From NCBI GenBank assembly GCA_028534125.1, contig CM052816.1, positions 44,952,001-45,016,000 of the forward strand: DNA of 64,000 nt, read 5' to 3'. The notes beneath the pieces were generated by a model. It saw nothing but the letters and a program-made list of their open reading frames with translations. It did no database searches and was not told where the DNA came from. Position 1 is the first letter of the stretch. Each line of letters starts with the position of its first letter. Source of the DNA: Lama glama. Its lineage: Eukaryota. Shown piece after piece: positions 41,468 through 54,601 of this stretch. The translations under genes and the position numbers were made by a program.

Positions 41468-41793
41468 TGGCAGTTGCTAAAGGTAGAGGGTGTGAGGTGG
41501 GCAAAATGAGTGAAGAGGATCAAAGAGTAAAAACTTCCATTCATAAAATAAGTAAGCCTAATAGTCTAATAATGCTGCACTGCATATTTGAAAGTGGCTA
41601 AGATAGTAGATTTTTAAAGTTCTTATTACCAAAAAAAGATTTTGTAACTATGTATGGTGATGGATGTTAACTAGACCTGTTGTGGTGTTTCTGCAATATA
41701 TACAAATACTGAATCATTATGTTGTACCCCTGAAGCTAATATAAGGTTATTTGTCAATTTTACCTCAATTATACCTCAAAAAAATAAAAAAAG
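41468..41793 (+). mobile_element. LINE-1 3' end (L1MA-type)
   Basis: gggcaaaatgagtgaagagg...ttgtaactatgtatggtgatggatgttaactagac...gaatcattatgttgtacccctgaag...tacctcaaaaaaataaaaaaa. Confidence 0.85.
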
Positions 41794-41917
41794 ACTGTCA
41801 GGTGGTTAAAAAAAAAATTTTTTGTCACTCATTTTAATGGGCTTTCTGATTCACTTGAGGAAAATGTTAATATTTACTAGTGATCATAATAAGGACACCA
41901 GTTAAGCAATGCTTCGA

Positions 41918-41995
41918 GGAAGGAAGGAAGGAAGGAAGGAAGGAAGGAAGGAAGGAAGGAAGGAAGAGGCAGAGAGAGAAAGAAAGAAAAGGAAA
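41918..41995. repeat. (GGAA)n microsatellite and purine tract
   Basis: Directly visible. Confidence 0.95.
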
Positions 41996-44859
41996 GAACA
42001 AAAGACACACCAAGTTTTTCTCTAAAGATTCCCATAACTTTCAGAACTGGCTTCATTGTCATGGTTTCAAATCCTCTTCCAATGCCGGTTACGCTTCCCT
42101 GATCTCAAAGCCCGAGCTCTGACTGATGAAGACAATAGTTCTCATCCATCCCACCAACAGAAACCACCACCCTTCCTCCTTCCTTTATACCATAGCTTTA
42201 AAACAGTTAAAAATTGTATTAACTTTCTTTGACAGCCTCATCATCCTGTTGCTTTATGAGTTATCTTTCTATAAGTAATCTTTTAATATTACCTTATTAC
42301 ATTCAAAGTTTGTGTCAAAGTACTTAATTAGAAAAACAGACATGACATCTTTCAGAATCTGTTAAATGAATCTATTTGATGACTTTGAGTACCTGCCAAA
42401 GTACTTTTTCCTCTAACCCAAAATACATGAATCAAACTCTCCTAATGTGAAATATATTTATTCTGCTTAAATTAAAATTTTCTCAAAAGAAGTGTTTTTA
42501 TACTTACCAATTTAATTAACATTTCCATGACGGTGAGAAGCATCTTTTATATCAATGTTTAATTCACACATCAGTAAGCACTAATGATAACTGTATTACC
42601 ATATCAACTTCTAGCAGTTAGTACGTCAGTAACAGGCATCATACAGTTAAACAGATAACTAGTATTCAAGACGACTGCACTAAAAATTATTATGGTAATT
42701 ACCAATGTCAAAAGGAAAGAGTTTTAATCAAATCAATTTCTTGGGCTCCTATATTTCCATTTAAAAATGGGTTTGAGAAATCACAGAGAAAGTCGCTGCT
42801 TTCAACATCAAACATAAGTCTAATTAGTGTCATTTTACTGCAATTAATAACTATTACACTCAGCATTCTTTAAATCGGCATAAATAATTTCTTGCTTTTC
42901 TTGCCTCACCTCACTCTTTGTCTGCTATATTACTTACTAATGTCTGGCAACAGAGTAGAGTGTTTATTTTGCTTGAAAAATATAATTGCCATCCCTACTG
43001 TCCTGGAAGTTTCCTGATGACTAAACAGAGTAGATATCTGAAGAGATTTCCAATTTCCTCTCTTGCTTATGTTGTGGCTTTTAACAGATTCTGAAAGATG
43101 TCATTGGTTTTGTATGACAGTATCTCATAGTGTAAGTTCAGACAAAATTTGTTTTCCATCAGTGCTCTATTTATTTGATAATATAAATTTCCTTTTGTCC
43201 CTCTATTGAAACTGGATTTTCAAAAACAAGTAGTTTCCTTTAAATGGTACTTCATAATTTTCTGGCTGAATTCTTCTTCCCTGGTATTTGCTAGATAATT
43301 ATTACTTGAGTGTTAAATCAATATGCACTCGTTCATTTAATTAATGAAGATGATAAAGAGGAATTCTTACTCATGCCCTGATACCTCCAAATAGTAGAAC
43401 AGTATAATAGTAAAATTGAAAGAGCAGTGGACCACAAATCAGAAGACTTGAACTGTACTGCCCCCATTGAGGTTACTAGCTATGGGATCATGTAAATGTT
43501 TCTTAAACTCTCTAAGCTTTTCTTTCCTTAATTACAAAATCATGATGAATGTGTCAGCTAAACTGGACGTAGCAAGTGGTAGAAAACACAGACTCAAGGA
43601 TAACTGAGAGATTTGAGGGCTATGCAAATTAAAGGATGATTGTGCTATTTACTTAGATAAAAAGGGTGGCAAGAAAATATTTAAGGGAAGAATTGAGGGT
43701 TTGTTTAATGGACTTGTTAAATTTGAACTACCTATAATATATCAAAGCAGAGATAACAAGACAGCAATGGGATATACAAGTCTAGAGTTCAAAAAATAAA
43801 TCTGAACTGAAGCTATAAAAAGCGTTATTCATGTAATATGGTAATAATAGTTACTTCCACTGCCTATGCACAAAACAATGTACTGAATGCTATAGGTAAG
43901 TTATTTATTCCTCAGGACAAACTTTTGAGTTTATAATGAGTATTATTACCATTATTATTGTTTTCTAATGGCTAATATAGTATCTGGTTATAAAAGCCAC
44001 CAAAACATTTTTTGAATGAATTTGCAGCTAATGAGTGAAATCAAGACTCAGAAAAGAAACTTAACCACAACTTAAAGTGAAAACAGTAATGGGACTAGGA
44101 TTCAAAATTAAATTTGTCTCTAAGTCCAAGTGGTTATTCTTACCCTTACTTATTCTTACTGAAGAGATTTTGTCAACTACAAGGCAACTTCACATTCATT
44201 AGTTTATTTAGTCATCACAATAACCACTTTAGGTAGGAGCAGATGAGAGACTGAGGCTCAGGGCAACAGAAGTGGCTTGACAATATTGTGCATCTTGTCA
44301 CGAGCCAGGACTTTCTACCACCCACAGCTAAGCATGACCACAGAAGTCGACCATGCAAAACACCCAAAACCAAAGATAACGACCACAGAGTACCTTCTAC
44401 ACAGGTCTTTTTGAAGACTGGTTCTCCTGCTTAGCAGACACCATAATCAACCAGACTTCAAAACATTGTATCACGCATAATGCGGCAAAACAGTCTTTTG
44501 CAATAATCATTGATATTTTCTCCAGCTTCCTTCAAGACTCAAAAGGATGAGAGATGTTGTCCTCTCCCCACTACCAGACAGCAAATGAACTCTGGACTCC
44601 TTAAGGGCTAAGGACTCTGTTGACAAAGGGGAAAGTTAACAGGGCTCCATTTCAAAAATCTTCTACTTATATCAGGCCATAAGGTCTGGAGAGGATGGTG
44701 AGTGGCCTTATTCAGGACAAGAGAATAGCCTCCCTGAACCTGGAAAAATGGAAGGTGTTTGGGTTGTGAGGGGTGGAGACCTCTCTTCTTTTGCACACAA
44801 TGCTCTGCATGAAGGGGAAGGTTTTGGGATGGGCCATGGGAGGTGAGTTGGTGGGCTCT

Positions 44860-45205
44860 TCACTCTGCCTAGAGTGCTTTCCCCCAAATACTCACATGTT
44901 TGTTTCCACACTTCACCCAGGCCTCCATTACATGTCATGAGCTTCTGGAAGCTTTGCCTGACAACGTGAAAATATCCACCTCCTTCACCTTCTCTTCCCT
45001 AATTTGCTTTCTATTTCTCTCGAATGCTAACCTCAGCCTGAAATGTGATAACATATGTATTGTACCTGTCTACTAATGTATTTATTCATGTAGAGGCTTA
45101 TTGTTCTTCTCTCCCACTAGAATCCCTTTGAAGGCAGGGATTTTGGTTTTTCAACCTTATATAACTAATACACAGTAGGGAATCAATAAATATTTATTAA
45201 ATAAT
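44860..45205 (+). mobile_element. L2 3' region
   Basis: ctctgcctagagtgctttcccc...ctcccactagaatccctttgaaggcagggatttt...cacagtagggaatcaataaatattt. Confidence 0.7.
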
Positions 45206-45279
45206 TAGTTCCCCATGTCCTTTTCAAGGATATGAAAGATGTAAATGTAATTTTTAGGGAATCCCCCCAAATTTATTTT

Positions 45280-46440
45280 AACTTTTTTAGACTTTCATAT
45301 TTTTATTAAATATTGTGTGTATATCAACAAATTTTAAAACATATATATTAGGTGAAAAGAATTTTAAAAACCACCACATATCACTAGTTAGCTTAAGAAA
45401 TGGAACATTTCGGTAACTGTGAAGCCCTCAATAAGCCCCTTTCCCACAGGGAATTATCATGAATTTCTGTATTTTTCATCTACTTGCTTTTCTTTATAAT
45501 TTGCATGTTTGTATCCCTTTAAAACCATTGTTGACTTCTGCCTGTCTTTAACTTTATGTAAATGAACCATATGCTGTATATTTTTCAACTTGTTTCTTTG
45601 GCTCAATATTATTTGAGAGAGAAACTCACCTGTTGCTTTCAGCCATGGTCCCTTCATTTTCACTTCATCATATCCCATGGTATGAAAAGCACAATACAGT
45701 TATCTTAGTGTTTTATTGCAGGATGTTCAAGTTGTTTCCAATTTTTTGTTACTACAGACAATGATGCTATAAAATTCTTGTACATGTCTCCTAGGTCACA
45801 GATTCAAGAGTTGCCCTAATCTATTTGCAATAGAGAAGAATTTGAAGGTCATAGGATATGTGTATACTGAATTTCACAGGCTATGCCACATGGTCTTCCA
45901 AAGTGGGTGTATCCAGAATTAGTATTCAGCAGGTACATACCAGTACAGCTTCACTAGTTTTTAAAATACCAAAATAATTCCACACTTAAGAAATAGCTGC
46001 TACCTTGAGTTCCTTGAGGGTTCACCTGCAGCTGATACGGTTATAGAGTGGCTAAATTATTCTGGTTTGCCTGGGACTGAGAGGGTTTTGGGAACACAGG
46101 ATGTTCAGTTTTAAACCAACAAAGTTCCCAGCAAACCAGGACAAGTTGGTCACTCTCCCTGGCCAGCCTCCCAGATGTCAGAGACCTTCCCACAATTCAG
46201 TAACTAAAGGGTCAGTTCCTGACCCAGTGGTTAAACATTGTGACTATTGCCTGTGGTTGTACCTGTTTATACTCCTATCAATGACTTGTTTCATTTCTCC
46301 CTGTCTTCAACATCATTTATTATAGTCCTGATTTTTAATTTTTACTATCTAGCAGTGGAAAATGTTATCTCATTATAATATTAACTTTCATTTTCCTAAG
46401 ATGATTGATCATGTTTCATAGGATAACTGGCTATTTATGT
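45280..46440 (-). mobile_element. Old L1 3' region, antisense
   Basis: aactttatgtaaatgaaccatatgctgtat...gttgtttccaattttttgttactacagacaatgatgctataaaattcttgtacatgtctcc...ttccaaagtgggtgta. Confidence 0.75.
46045..46157. mobile_element. MER94 (hAT-Blackjack)
   Basis: agagtggcta...ctggtttgcctgggactgag...cccagcaaaccaggacaagttggtcactct, with inverted ends. Confidence 0.75.
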
Positions 46441-47943
46441 GGCTTTATGGAAAATAAAGTCACTAACCCAGAGAAGGGCTGATAGGAGCAGACCAGGTAG
46501 AATGGCTGCAGACTAGTCAAAAATTTCATTTTCCAATAGTCTTTTAAAAGCTTTGGAAAGATTCCCTCTCCTAGCTTTACTTAGAGTGGGTGCCTTGCAC
46601 CTCCAAATTGGCCATCAAAGTTTGTACCTTGAACGTCTATCACAGTGGTAAAAACAAGTTAAATGGTAACCAAAAGCATTTCCCTGATGTTTTCAGGATG
46701 GATAGGCCACCTGAGCATCCTATGCCCTATTGAAAGAGAAGAGAGCAATAAAGTATGGCTAATATTGAATAGCCAAACTAAGGTGTATAATGAATACATA
46801 GATTTTATTTGACCTAGAAATATATCAATATGATACTTGCTTGCACCTTCATCTTGTGGGCCCTATTTATAGCCCCTACACTAGACTCCCCTAACCACCA
46901 AACTGAACAGAGTTCAATCTGCTCTAAAAGTTCAATCCATACAAATTATTACATGTCTAAAATCTGGACAATAATTAGCATAATGTTGAAAGGTAAAGCA
47001 AATCTAAAGGTAGTTAGAGACTTAAAATGAAGTGTCACACCTAGCCATCTCATCTTTTAAGATCTTTTTAGGATGTCCCAATTATGTCTTGGGAAAGGGT
47101 TGGGTCAATGAAGGTAACTGGGAAAGGCTCCACATAATTCCTGCATCAAATGTATTATTTCTTAAATCAGTGACATTTTCCTAGTTTAGAAAGCTTTTGT
47201 CCAGGGTCCATGGCTGATAGGAATAAATCATGATTTTAACCCTGATCAACAATATTTCTCTGGCTTTTACATTCAATCAAGTCATATATTTGTGATCTTT
47301 CTACAACTTTAGTGTATAATAAAGTCTTTCCCTGCTTTCATGATGTCCTGTTTAAAAGAAAAAGAATTTTTCTAGCAATGTTCCTGCTGCATTACTCATA
47401 AATACTTGGGTGTGTAGGTAGTGAGGGTAAAGGCAGTAGGGGAGCTGAAGTAAAAGAATGGCTCACAAAACCATTTAGAATAAGCTTACTTGGGTAACAT
47501 AACTTACGAGGTTCAGGAAATAACCATCCAATCCCAAAATATTCTCCTAACTCCTTGTTTAAATGCCAAAAATTTGATCATTACACACTAATTATTAGGC
47601 CCTAATACTTCTCAACAAGAGAACCCTACATATTTCTTTTTTTAAAAGCAACTATTTTTAGAACATGTGACTCAAAAATAATATAATGGATAAGAAAGAT
47701 GGGGGGAGTGGGGAAGCTGCATCATCCAACACAGAAATAAGTTCTTATAATTCTTAGAAGTGTTCCTTATACCCCTACTCAATTGGCTGAAGATGTATCA
47801 AGGAATCAAAGGCAAGACTTATCTTCTTTATAGCTCACCCTGATCAATAACTAATGAGTCATTTCCCCACCAGCCACTTTCCCCCTTGTCATAACTTGGT
47901 AATAGTCTTTCTCCACTATCGCATCTTAAGGTTCCCACTGGAG

Positions 47944-48537
47944 AATGTAGGCTGGTGCAGCCATTGTGGAAAAAAGTATGGAGATTCCTTAAAAAACTAA
48001 AAATAGACTTACCATATGATCCAGCAATCCCAATCCTGAGCACATCTGGAGGAAACTCTTAATTTGAAAAGTTACAAACACCCCAATGTTCATAGCAGCA
48101 CTACTTAAAATAGCTAAGACTTGGAAGTAACCTACACGTCTATCAACAGATGACTGGATAAAGATGTTGTGGTATATATATATATATATCTACTTAGCCA
48201 TAAAAAGGAGTAAAACAATGCCATTTGCAGCAATATGGATGGACCTGGAAATTGTCATACTAAGTGAAGTAAGCCAGAAAGAGAAAAAAATACCATATGA
48301 TATGACTTACACGAGGCATCTAAAAAAAAATGACACAAATGAACTTACTTACAAAACAGAAACAGACTCATAGACATAAAAAACAAACTTATGGTTACCA
48401 GGGGAGAAAAGGGGTGTCCGGGACTTGCAGATACTAATTACTATATATAAAATAGATAAACAAGATCCTACTGTATAGCACAGGGAACTATATTCAATAT
48501 CTTATAATAGCCTATAATGAAAAAGTATATGAAAAGG

Positions 48538-48616
<79 letters not shown>

Positions 48617-48742
48617 GTGTGTGTGTGTGTTAATTACATATATATACACACATGTATGTACAACTGAATCACTATGCTGTATACCAGAAACAAATTACAA
48701 CATTGTAGGTTGACTATACCTCAATTAGAAATAGGAAAAAAA
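47944..48742 (+). mobile_element. LINE-1 3' portion (ORF2 C-terminus and 3' UTR) with internal (TG)/(TA) microsatellite
   Basis: ORF2 C-terminal words (MPFAAIWMDLEIVILSEVSQKEK). TSD aag(g/a)ttcccactggag at 47928-47943 and 48743-48758 (15/16 identical). Confidence 0.93.
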
Positions 48743-49185
48743 AAGATTCCCACTGGAGCCCAGCCAGCTTCTGATCTCTCATTCCTCAAGCCACAGAGAT
48801 GGAGTATCTGGCTTGCATCTTTCTAGTTTATTGGAAACCTTATGCTGCTTCACTTACTAAATACTACAAAGATTTTTGTCTAGTGTTGTTATTTTTAAAT
48901 GTAAATAATATATCAACAGAAAATGAAACCTAAAGAACTAGATAAGTACTAGAAAACCACCTTTGCATTAAAACTTGAGTCACTATTCATGCCAAACATT
49001 TGGGGAACTCTAATGGCTAGTATGTAGATCATGTATTGTTCTGTAGTTTTATATGCAGCATCTTTTAATTTTAAGAGCTAAATTCAAAGTCACATAGAGC
49101 AGTAAGAAACATAAGGACGAGTGGCAAATCTCTACAAACGTTAATCATATAAACCTATTTCTAAAAAAGGAAATTCCTTTTCTCT

Positions 49186-49537
49186 GTAAATGGGCTGCAC
49201 ATAAATCTGCCCTGATATTTGAAGGTGGCACCTTTAGGAGGTAATTAGGTCATGATGAGGGTGAGGTCATGAAGGTGGTGCATCTCATGAGATAATTAAC
49301 CCTCTTAAGAGTAAGAACTGTGTGTCTCCAAGTGCACGCACCAAGGAGAGTCCACATGAGGATATAACGAGAGGACGGCCATCTGCAAACCAACAAGAGG
49401 GCTCTCACCAGCACCGAATCTGCTGGCAGTTTGATCTTGGATTTCCCAGCCTCCAGAACTATGAGAAATAAATGTTTGTTGTTTAAGCCACCCAGTCTAC
49501 TGTATTTTATTAAGGCAGTCCAAGCTGACTAAGACAA
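49186..49537 (+). mobile_element. MaLR LTR (MLT1A-like)
   Basis: ggccatctgcaaacc...ctctcaccagcaccgaatctgctggc...ttcccagcctccagaactatgagaaataaatgtttgttgtttaagccacccagtct...gactaagaca. Confidence 0.9.
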
Positions 49538-51169
49538 CATGTTATACAAAGGCAGGAGATTGCCAAATTATTAATAGCTATGATTATACACACAGAGACA
49601 CCTACACATAGACACATAAGAATGAAGGGAAGAGATAAATCAAGCAATTTGTATTTTTAAAAGCTGAAAGAATCAACAAAATCACATACACAGGCTAAAC
49701 ACTGAGGGAAAAATAAAAGATTTGGCATAAATCTAATCAGTCATATGAATAGAGAGAGGTTCAGGTCGGTTTAGGTAAACACTGGGTGGTTTTTGAGTGC
49801 AAAGTAAATAAGGGCACTGAGGTACTATACTAATCACATTTGTTCTAACATTGACCTTATAATAATTAAAAATTGATGCTTGCAACATAATACAGCTGTG
49901 CAATCATATTTAAAGCTAATCACTTCATAGAGAGAGGAAAGTTGTACAAAAAGGTCAAAAACACTTTAATTTCATGATAGTAAATTTACTCTTTATTCCC
50001 AAAGTGAAAATGTCTAATTTCTAAAAGAGCAAACCAATAATTACTTCTTATAAAGCTATTTTAGTCAATACTTAATTTCTCTATATTGATTAGTGTTTAG
50101 ACATTTTAAATGTACCCTACAGCAAGAATATGTGTTTACAGTACAATATTTGTAAGTATTACAGGTATCGATTGAAGACATGTCTCAAAAATGCCAAACT
50201 TAATAGTAATCATATAAAAAAGAGTGTGACTCTTTTAAAACTGGGATTTAATTTTTAAATATTTGAATACTAGTGTTCTTAAAGGTCTCTATCCTGATTG
50301 CTATTTCTGCCATTATATACTTCAAGGATGAGTGCTCAGTTATACTGTGCATTATAAATTCCTCCTCTTCCCAAAAGCAATAGAAAGAGATAATATAAAA
50401 ATGATCAACTCTACCACTCACAACTGGAGCAAAATGTTTTCTTTTTATTTTATGAACTTCTGATTGTAAAATAAAGACTGAGATATTATTTCCCCCTTAA
50501 CTTGCATTCTGTGTAACTTAGAGCTCTGTGCAATAAAACGAAATGATGCTTCATCAGGACGTTACTGGGAGTACCAAGGCAATTTACAAACTTTCTATCA
50601 TTAAGTCTGAGAACATCACTGTGAGGCAGGTATTAATATAACACTTCTCTCCTGAGGAGTTCGATGCACTTTACATAACTTTACTTTATTAACTCTTCCT
50701 CAAGCTGGGCCAAAAGGCTAAGATGTCTAACCATGTACCTTGTTCACAAGACAGATATAAAAATAGAAAAGATTCTAGATAGCCACATGTTTTTAATTTG
50801 CTTTTGCTTCGAATCTGAAATGGTGACTAAAGATAAGGCAATTGCGTCACTCAATAGATTTGGCTTTTGTTCACATTGATTTTAAACGGGTCTCAATTTC
50901 ATAAATTTGAAGTCAGAATTAAACATAAAAGACCATTAATTCCATTAATTTCTAAGTAGTAAGTGTTTCGGAAGATGGAAAATACATAAGCTTAACAATC
51001 AATTTTCCCCTTTATACGGTATGCTAAAAACTGCAAAAGCAGATTATGATCTGAGGGACAGACGTTGCAACATTTTTAAGTGAATCTATGCATTTCTTAG
51101 TGAGTGTGCAACTATGCACACATGGAGACACCCAGAAGGGAGATAAAAAGCAAATGACGTCGAAGTACT

Positions 51170-51372
51170 AATAATATCCAGTAGTGCTCCCCAAGTGTCA
51201 GCCACTATTTTAAAGAAACTACATGTATTAACTCATTTAATCTTCACAACAACTCTAAGATATGAGTAATATTATCCCCATTCTATAGATGAGAAAACTG
51301 AGGCTCAGAAAGCTGAGCTTGCCCGAGGTCACAATGCTACCAAATAGCAAAGCTGGAATATAACCCAGGAAA
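51170..51372 (-). mobile_element. MIR SINE, antisense
   Basis: tattaactcatttaatcttcacaacaactct...tatccccattctatagatgagaaaactgaggctcagaaag. Confidence 0.85.
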
Positions 51373-51579
51373 TTATTCTAGAGCCAGGTTCTTAGCCAGT
51401 TTTTTAGAAAGGAAGAGAAGCTGTCCCCAGATGACCCGATCACAGAGTTCCAAGTCCATAATCCTTTTCCACTTCTACTGCAACATTTTCCTACCTCAGA
51501 GTCAACCTCACAACCATAACAGAACAGCTGCTCAAGTCTGTGTATTGTACTTTCAAAACAGGACACCAGTATGTAGAAG

Positions 51580-51800
51580 ATGGTCACAGGGAGGCAGTAG
51601 AGTACAGGTAGGAGGACAGATGGAGGTGTCAAACAGACTTTAAGAGGCTGCCACTAGGCAGGCTACTTCTACCCATGCTTCATAAAATAGAGAAAATGGA
51701 ACTTACCACCAGTGCGGTAGTGAAAATTAAACAGGTTAATATTAGGGCTTAACACAGAGCCTCACACACAGTAAGCACTCAATAAGTGATTGTTATTATA
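51580..51800 (+). mobile_element. MIR SINE
   Basis: gtcaaacagac...gctgccact...aaaattaaacaggttaat...cacacagtaagcactcaataag. Confidence 0.65.
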
Positions 51801-54567
51801 GTAAGTTAATATAAAATTATTTGAGCCATTCTCCAAACTCTGAAATTCAGAATGAACAATGGATTTAGCATATCACAGTACTGGTGGCAAATTAAACTGA
51901 ATCAATTCTTTTTTCAAATATATGTTCTAGGAATTATCTTGTTTCATCCTCAGAACAAACTAGAGTTAAAGTGTAGTTATGCCCACTTTCAGATACTCAA
52001 GAAGCTTAAAGATTTTACCTGTCCACCATCCTGCCAATAATAATGAGATGATGAATCAGTTAACTAGATGTATTCCACAAAGCAGAATGAAAACCAGGAA
52101 GTGAAGAAATGATGTGAAAAATTCTTCTCTCTCAAAAAATTGGGGAACTGAAAAGTTCCTGGACTGAAGTTCATGTTGTTTAGCTTTTGCTATAATTAGA
52201 GTACAGCTACACCCAAAGAGAGGAGTTAGAACAGAGATAATAAAGAGGTGAAATACTGCCCCCAAATAATCCCCCACATCCAGCACATACCAGGTACTTC
52301 AGCCACTTCCATCAGAGCTGCCAAGGAAGATAGCAGGGGCTGAGCTTATGGTGGGAGCTTTCAGAGGGGACTGTGCTATGGGAGAAGCAGGCACTAACTC
52401 TGTACTCAGGGACTGGGGTTCCGGCCAGGCGGAGCTAAGACCACAGTACTGTGAAGCAGATTTGCCTCAAATTAGCCTTACCTGCATCCAAACATCCTGT
52501 AGGGGTCAGTTTCTGTTCTATTCAGAGAAATCTACAGAAAAAGAGAAAATACATTATATTGGTCTTTCACTGACCTCCTCCCTGAACCTTGACCTAATGC
52601 TATTCCCTAAACTGAAAATGTCTTCGTTATGCCAAACAAAAATACCTCCTGCTGAAGTAGGACATTATTTCCTCTTTCTTAATGAAAGTGAAAAGTTTTG
52701 TCATTTGCATAATATTCACTGCATACAGGAAGAAAATTGTTTATCATTCTCATTTAAAGAATATGATTTAGAATTGATTATAATCAATGCATACTTTATT
52801 CCCACAATGACTGAAGAAAAGCTCTAAGGGAAAGAATAGAATTCCTATTGCATTGGCCAACATACAAGCCAATATGGAGAATGTGGAAGATATAAAGTAA
52901 TCATACATAAAAAGAGACACAAGCTCAGTGATAGGGGTTCTGCTTACACAGGTATGGAAGTAAGTGGAAAACAATCGACCCACAAGTCAGCAAGAAATAT
53001 CACTGAAATATATTTATATTATCTCCAGAACATACTAGAATTTGTGTTCCATTATCAATTACCAGGCAGTACCCACTGTAACCATTTCTTCCACGTTTAG
53101 AATATACGACCTCTCTAGATAATTCATTCCAACTTTTAACAATTGTCATATAAAGGTAAGCCTTTTTAATCTAACTTCAATCACTCATAGGATATGACTG
53201 AAACACCCAGAATGATGCAAAGCACATACAACGTACTTCATAAACCTGCGTTTATGGGATGGTGGTTTTAGTCTATTTCCCTTTTCTCTGACCTTAGTGG
53301 AGACAGGGGAAATGCTTAGACAGAAACATTGGCCAAATGGTTAGAGATGAGAGCAAGCTGATAAGGGACAAGTGCGGAGTAGAACTGACAAAGAAAACAA
53401 CATGTAATGACTCACTGTGCCTGAGGACAGCGTGATCTATTTCGAAAAACAGCCAGTCACCAGCAAAACGTGAACTGTAAAACAAAACTTGCTAAAGCAT
53501 CTACTCAGAAAACCTACTGCTTCTCTGCTTTCCTACTCAAATTCATCTGAAAACTCCCAGATCAATCAATCTCTTTCTAACCTTGACCTCTCCAAGGGTT
53601 CCAGTCCCACTCATATAATTATACAATTGTCTTGAGTGGTAAGAGGGAATATTCTTTCTCCATGATTCACTCTGTCCTTTCTTCATGCCTTTATTGCTAG
53701 TTTGGAAAGCATCTTTAGTAAGGTCGAGTGAAAAGAACCATCATGGGTTGCCCTTGACATTTTATCATGGGAAGTAATTAATATTAACAAGGAAAAATGT
53801 TTACTTGTCTTGCAGATTCTCCAGTCTCTTGAATCCAACAACTTACAAAAAAGACCTGATGCTTTCTGTGCCAGAAGGATTTAAAGAACCCTGGTGGGGA
53901 GGGTATGGAATCCACAGAGAAAAGTAAGGTAAGTGATCTGGTTAACAGCAGGACACTCTGGTAATGGAATAGAACTGCCTGTTATCCCTTGCAATAAAAG
54001 ATCCAATAAAAGGGTTAAATCTGGATACCCAGAAAGCACCTCAAGCTTAAAATTTCTAAAATTAAACTTCCCCAAGAAACAGTTTTTGCTGACTTCCTTG
54101 TTTGTTAAGGGCACACTTGTTCTCTCCAGCTCCAACATGAGTCATCTTGCCTCATTACTCACCCACCCCCATCAGATCTAATTAAACACTAAGTTGGAAC
54201 AGTTTTTTCTTCAGCACTTTTTTGCAACTCTCTGCTGCTGTCTTTTCCCATTGTTTCAACTCTAATTTGGGTTTGACCTCACACTTGGTTCCCTAACTAT
54301 ATAGCCTCTTGACTCTTCCAAACAATCCATCTGGAGGGTCGCTTCAGCTTTGAGTTTGAACTCTGCCTTGATTGGGTCGCTATTTTTATCAGAAATATTT
54401 TGTAAATTACTAGGAACTCTGATGTCTTCTGAGTATACAAAGAATCTAAGGGAAAGATAAGCTCTCTTTAGAATTCCAAGTACTAAGAACTGATTGGTCT
54501 TAAAATAGCAACAGGTTGACCAATGCCTGGCATATAGTGACTGAATGTTGAATGAATGGACTAGAGC

Positions 54568-54568
<1 letters not shown>

Positions 54569-54599
<31 letters not shown>
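54569..54599. repeat. (TG)n microsatellite
   Basis: Directly visible. Confidence 0.95.

Positions 54600-54601
<2 letters not shown>

Noticed and set aside
41877..42122. EGRK-repeat and PSFL-repeat ORFs
   Set aside because: Translation of the (GGAA)n microsatellite.
52348..52827. 159-aa plus-strand ORF
   Set aside because: No recognisable domain, composition drifts into AT-rich low-information sequence, and there is no supporting gene structure; likely chance.
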